The position numbers and the translations under genes were made by a program. Source: Mycobacteriales bacterium (GTDB lineage Bacteria; Actinomycetota; Actinomycetes; JADGOV01). Taken from it: a stretch of DNA of 64,000 nt. Position 1 is the first letter of the stretch. The number at the start of each line of letters is the position of its first letter. The DNA lies in contig JBBSIN010000003.1 of assembly GCA_038232055.1 (NCBI GenBank), forward strand, positions 6,339 through 70,338, read 5' to 3'. Positions 60,708-64,000 of the stretch are shown in pieces. Below the pieces are notes generated by a model. That model had not been told where the DNA came from. It saw only the letters and a list, made by a program, of their open reading frames with translations, and did not search any database.

Positions 60708-61115
60708 ATGCACAGGCGCGCCATACCAATGGTGTCGGTCGGCCTGTTCACCGTATTACTGGCCGGCTGCGGCTCCTCGTCGGCAGACACGTCCGACGCG
60801 GGCAGCAGCGCGAGCGGGACCGTCGTCAGCATGAAGCTTCTGCAGTTCATGCCGCAGACGCTCACCGTCAAGGCCGGCACGAAGGTCACCTGGCGCAACG
60901 ACGAGCCCATCACGCACACCGTCACATCGGGCACCTATTCCGGAGTGGATGCAAAGACCGGTTTGCGGGCCAGCGAGAAGCCGGATGGGCTCTTCGATGC
61001 CAGGGCGGCGAAGAAGGGCGACACGACGTCGTACACGTTCAGCAAGCCCGGCACCTACCCGTACTACTGCTCCATCCACAAAGGCATGAACGGCAAGGTC
61101 GTCGTCACCGGCTGA
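60708..61115 (+). CDS. Cupredoxin (type-1 copper, amicyanin-like loop) lipoprotein
   Basis: GGAGG SD, lipobox LLAGC, His in EPITHTV, and YYCSIHKGM (C-x2-H-x2-M) copper ligands. Confidence 0.85.
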   Translation: MHRRAIPMVSVGLFTVLLAGCGSSSADTSDAGSSASGTVVSMKLLQFMPQTLTVKAGTKVTWRNDEPITHTVTSGTYSGVDAKTGLRASEKPDGLFDARAAKKGDTTSYTFSKPGTYPYYCSIHKGMNGKVVVTG

Positions 61116-61124
61116 CCGATGCGT

Positions 61125-61170
61125 CAACAACAAACAACGACAACACCAAGAAGAAGAAAGAGGAGAAGCA
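61125..61170 (+). promoter_or_regulatory. T-free CA/GA-rich leader with strong SD
   Basis: CAACAACAAACAACGACAACACCAAGAAGAAGAAAGAGGAGAAGC plus the A of the ATG. That gives 46 nt without a single T and about 42% GC in a ~70% GC genome. AGAGGAG lies 5 nt before ATG 61170. Confidence 0.5.
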
Positions 61171-62429
61171 TGAAGTCCAGAACTGTGCAGCTGGCAGTCG
61201 TCGGCCTCGCGGCGGCGACCTTCGCCACCGCGTGCAGCAGCAGCAACGGCGACTCGTCGGCGGCCGGCAAGCCCTCGACATCGAGCTCGCCGTCACCGTC
61301 GATGTCGATGTCGCCCACCGCCGCTGACGCGACCGCCACCCCGGCGGTTGCGCTCCGCGCCACACTGACGAGCCTGCTGGAGAACCACGTCTGGCTGGCT
61401 GGCAACGCGCTGCAGACCGCGGTGCGCGCCGGCGGCAACCTGAAGGACAAGCAGGTCGTCGGGGCCGTCGGTGCGCTCGACGAGAACTCCGTGGCGCTGT
61501 CCAAGGCGCTCGGCAGTGTCTACCCGGCGGCGGAGAAGCCCTTCCTCGCCTCGTGGCGCCAGCACATCGGCTTCTTCGTCAACTACACCCTGGGCAAGGC
61601 GACGAAGAACACCGCGATGGTCGCCAAGGCGAAGAAGGACCTCGACGGCTACCGCACCGGCTTCGGCCAGCTGATCAACTCGGTGGTTCCCGAGCTGCCG
61701 GCGAGTGCCGTCGCTGCCGAGCTCAAGCCGCACGTCGCCTCGCTCCTCACCGCGATCGACGCGGCGGTGGCGAACGACCCGAGCTTCCAGAGCAAGCTGA
61801 CGGCTTCGTCGCACCACATGATCATGACAGCCGCGGTCCTGGCCGACGGCATCGCGAAGAACAAGAAGCTCGACGGTGACGCGATGGGCACGGCGGCGGG
61901 GCTTCGCGCCGCACTGACCGGTCAGCTCAACGACCACGTCTGGCTGGCCGGCAACGCCCTGCAGACCGCGGTCCTCGCCGGCGGCAACCTGAAGGACAAG
62001 CAGGTCGTCGGGGCGGTCAGTGCGCTCGACGCCAACTCGGTCGCGCTGTCCAAGACACTCGGCAGCGTCTACCCGCAGGCTGCCAAGCCCTTCCTCGCCT
62101 CCTGGCGCCAGCACATCGGGTTCTTCGTCAACTACACCCTCGGCAAGGCGACGAAGAACACCGCGATGGTCGCCAAGGCGAAGAAGGACCTCGACGGCTA
62201 CCGCACCGGCTTCGGCCAGCTGATCAACTCGGTGGTTCCCGAGCTGCCGGCCAGTGCCGTCGCGAGTGAGCTCAAGCCGCACGTCGCCTCGCTCCTCACC
62301 GCGATCGACGCGGCCGTGGCGAAGAGCCCGACGTTCCAGACCAAGCTCACCGACTCGGCGGACCACATGCTGATGACCGGTGGCGTGCTCGCGAGCGGGA
62401 TCGCCAAGAACAAGAACATCACCAGCTGA
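61170..62429 (+). CDS. Putative lipoprotein made of two tandem ~175-aa helical domains, unknown function
   Basis: Signal peptide with a Cys (FATAC) and a Ser/Pro/Met-rich linker. Two near-identical domains follow, each with NHVWLAGNALQTAV..WRQHIGFFVNYTLGKA..KPHVASLLTAIDAAV..(H/D)HM(I/L)M. Confidence 0.7.
   Translation: MKSRTVQLAVVGLAAATFATACSSSNGDSSAAGKPSTSSSPSPSMSMSPTAADATATPAVALRATLTSLLENHVWLAGNALQTAVRAGGNLKDKQVVGAVGALDENSVALSKALGSVYPAAEKPFLASWRQHIGFFVNYTLGKATKNTAMVAKAKKDLDGYRTGFGQLINSVVPELPASAVAAELKPHVASLLTAIDAAVANDPSFQSKLTASSHHMIMTAAVLADGIAKNKKLDGDAMGTAAGLRAALTGQLNDHVWLAGNALQTAVLAGGNLKDKQVVGAVSALDANSVALSKTLGSVYPQAAKPFLASWRQHIGFFVNYTLGKATKNTAMVAKAKKDLDGYRTGFGQLINSVVPELPASAVASELKPHVASLLTAIDAAVAKSPTFQTKLTDSADHMLMTGGVLASGIAKNKNITS
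61350..62424 (+). repeat. Intragenic tandem duplication, period 549 nt
   Basis: Copy 1 spans about 61350-61875 and copy 2 about 61899-62424. They include a 110-nt perfectly identical run (61593-61702 = 62142-62251). Confidence 0.9.
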
Positions 62430-62451
62430 CCTTTCGAAGAAGCTGGCGTAC

Positions 62452-62481
62452 GGCGCCCCCGGGGTTCGCCTCGGGGGCGCC
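62452..62481 (+). terminator. GC hairpin between the lipoprotein gene and the membrane-protein genes (terminator/attenuator candidate)
   Basis: GGCGCCCCCG (62452-61) pairs with CGGGGGCGCC (62472-81) around a 10-nt loop. No U-tract follows. Confidence 0.4.
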
Positions 62482-62515
62482 GTCCCGTCTCACCTCATCT
62501 ACTGGAGAAAACGGC

Positions 62516-62923
62516 ATGACACCCGACGTCCTGGCAGCAAACGCGCGGGTCCCCATCCGGACCCGACAACGGTGGCTGGTCGCCGCCGGGGCCTTGGTCG
62601 CGGTCGCGGCCCACATGCCCGTGATCGGCGAGCACCTGGAGGAGGCCCCGTACATGGGCGTCCTGTTCATCGTCCTCACCGCGGCGTGCACATTGCTCGC
62701 GGTGGCCGCGCTGACCTATGACACTCCTGCGATCTACGCCGCTGCGGCGACCACCTGTGGGCTGGCGATTGTCGGCTACGCGCTGACCCGGATCGTCGCG
62801 TTCCCCATGCTGGCCGACGACGTCGGCAACTGGCTGGAACCGCTGGGCGTCGTATCGGTGGCGGCCGAGGGCATCGTCGTACTCGCGGCCGTTGCGGCAC
62901 TGCACGGTAGACGAGCAGGCTGA
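62516..62923 (+). CDS. Four-TM membrane protein, hypothetical (paralog A)
   Basis: Four hydrophobic segments. A His-containing first-helix motif (AAHMPVIGEHLEEAPYMGVLF). The second half is similar to the downstream gene. Confidence 0.55.
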   Translation: MTPDVLAANARVPIRTRQRWLVAAGALVAVAAHMPVIGEHLEEAPYMGVLFIVLTAACTLLAVAALTYDTPAIYAAAATTCGLAIVGYALTRIVAFPMLADDVGNWLEPLGVVSVAAEGIVVLAAVAALHGRRAG

Positions 62924-62927
62924 CGGC

Positions 62928-63353
62928 ATGGACCTGCTTCTTCGACTCGTCATCGCCGCGGGGCTCGCCATCGACGCCTACGTGCACTTCCACCTCGCGA
63001 CGACGTTCGACGCGCTGAAGTCGACGAGCAGTCCGCACCTGAGCCAGGGGCAGCTGTTCCGCGTGGAGGCCATCGCCGCGATCGCCGCCGCCGTCCTGGT
63101 GCTCGTCGTGCGCAACCGGCTGACCGCGCTACTCGCCTTCGTGGTGGCGGCCGGGGGCGTCGCGGCGGTGCTCCTCTACACCTACGTCGACATCGGCGAG
63201 ATCGGTCCGCTGCCGGCCATGTACGACCCGTCCTGGTACACCGAGAAGACCGGCAGCCTCATCGCCGAGGCCGTCGCCGCCGTCGCCGCCCTGGCGTGCG
63301 TCCTTCGGCGGCGTCGGGGGCAGGATGTGGTGGTGACGACGAGGAGGTCGTGA
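62928..63353 (+). CDS. Four-TM membrane protein, hypothetical (paralog B)
   Basis: MDLLLRLVIAAGLAIDAYVHFHLA.. Its architecture parallels paralog A. The stop overlaps the hmgA ATG (TGATG). Confidence 0.55.
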   Translation: MDLLLRLVIAAGLAIDAYVHFHLATTFDALKSTSSPHLSQGQLFRVEAIAAIAAAVLVLVVRNRLTALLAFVVAAGGVAAVLLYTYVDIGEIGPLPAMYDPSWYTEKTGSLIAEAVAAVAALACVLRRRRGQDVVVTTRRS

Positions 63354-64000
63354 TGGCGTACTACCGATCAGTCGGTGAGGTTCCGCGCAAGCGGCACATC
63401 CAGTTCCGGCAGCCCGATGGCAGCCTGTACGCCGAGGAGCTCATGGGCGTCGAGGGCTTCTCCGCCGAGTCCGCCCTCCTCTACCATCGCCACCTGCCCA
63501 CCGCGATCCTCAAGGCCGAGCCGGTCGACGAGCCTGCCGTGGCACGAGAGCTGCAGCCCAACCTTCCGCTGCTGCCCCGGCACTTCCAGACGCACTCGCT
63601 GCCGGCCGGCGGCGACCTGGTCACCGGACGCCAGCTGCTGCTCGCCAACGAGGACGTCCGGATGTCGTACGCCGTCGCGGACAGCCAAAGCGAGCTCTAT
63701 CGCAATGCCACGGGTGACGAGGTGGTCTACCTCGAGAGCGGCGCGGCGACGTTCGAGTCCGTCTACGGCTCGATCGACGTGGGGGCCGGTGACTACCTCG
63801 TCATCCCTACGGCGACGACGCACCGGTGGTTGCCGCGAGGGAGCGAGCCGGTACGGGCGCTGACGATCGAGGCCCGCGGGCACGTTCGACCGCCGCGGCG
63901 CTATCTCTCGCCGGGTGGGCAGTTTCTCGAGCACGCGCCGTACTGCGAACGCGACCTTCGGGGTCCGACCGAGCCGCTGGTCGTCGACGGCGAGGGGGAG
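63353..64000 (+). CDS. hmgA: Homogentisate 1,2-dioxygenase family protein (3' end beyond the window)
   Basis: My own translation from ATG 63353 is open to position 64000. It reads MAYYRSVGEVPRKRHIQFRQPDGSLYAEELMGVEGFSAESALLYHRHLPT..LYRNATGDEVVYLESG..GDYLVIPTATTHRW. It is absent from the ORF track because no stop lies in the window. Confidence 0.8.
   Translation, partial: MAYYRSVGEVPRKRHIQFRQPDGSLYAEELMGVEGFSAESALLYHRHLPTAILKAEPVDEPAVARELQPNLPLLPRHFQTHSLPAGGDLVTGRQLLLANEDVRMSYAVADSQSELYRNATGDEVVYLESGAATFESVYGSIDVGAGDYLVIPTATTHRWLPRGSEPVRALTIEARGHVRPPRRYLSPGGQFLEHAPYCERDLRGPTEPLVVDGEGE

Overview
This is a very GC-rich stretch (about 70% GC by eye) of actinobacterial core chromosome. Mycothiol genes mshA and mshD, carD, regX3 and a GlnR-like regulator all point to Actinomycetota. 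I found no rRNA, CRISPR array or intact mobile element. All calls come from reading the supplied translations and the DNA by eye; no database search was run, so family names are motif- and synteny-based.

Gene content from left to right:
- ybaB-recR-ask-asd, an S9 peptidase and a GDPD phosphodiesterase.
- A decayed patch (frameshifted hydrolase plus a truncated, frameshifted AlbA_2/HATPase_c_4 gene) next to tRNA-Pro(CGG).
- A GAF-PAS-GGDEF cyclase.
- An ars-like operon: arsR, arsI/cadI, a MIP channel and a degenerate arsC.
- A large phosphate block: DUF47-pit, pstSCAB, mutT1, CYTH-CHAD, ppk1, phoU, senX3-regX3 and ppx.
- mshD, a glnR-like regulator, a MoaD-like carrier, an ECF sigma/anti-sigma pair and rhodanese.
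- A broken RHH-RelE/ParE toxin-antitoxin module.
- nitrobindin, fur-ygfZ, dtd, and a BKACE enzyme coupled to an RsiG-like c-di-GMP anti-sigma factor.
- asparaginase, alaX, a macrodomain protein, and mshA-ybjN-gpmA.
- SCO1 plus a ligand-less PCuAC-like lipoprotein.
- A UbiA / methyltransferase / ACAD / type III PKS cluster.
- carD directly followed by ispF, with no ispD between them.
- An uncharacterised envelope cluster: cupredoxin lipoprotein, internally duplicated lipoprotein, two paralogous membrane proteins, then homogentisate dioxygenase.

The best candidates for something new are:
- the cupredoxin cluster at 60.7-63.4 kb;
- the kce-rsiG coupled pair;
- the Agq-like type III PKS cluster beside copper-assembly genes;
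- the pump-less ars operon;
- the five-copy 17-nt array packed exactly between two convergent stop codons.
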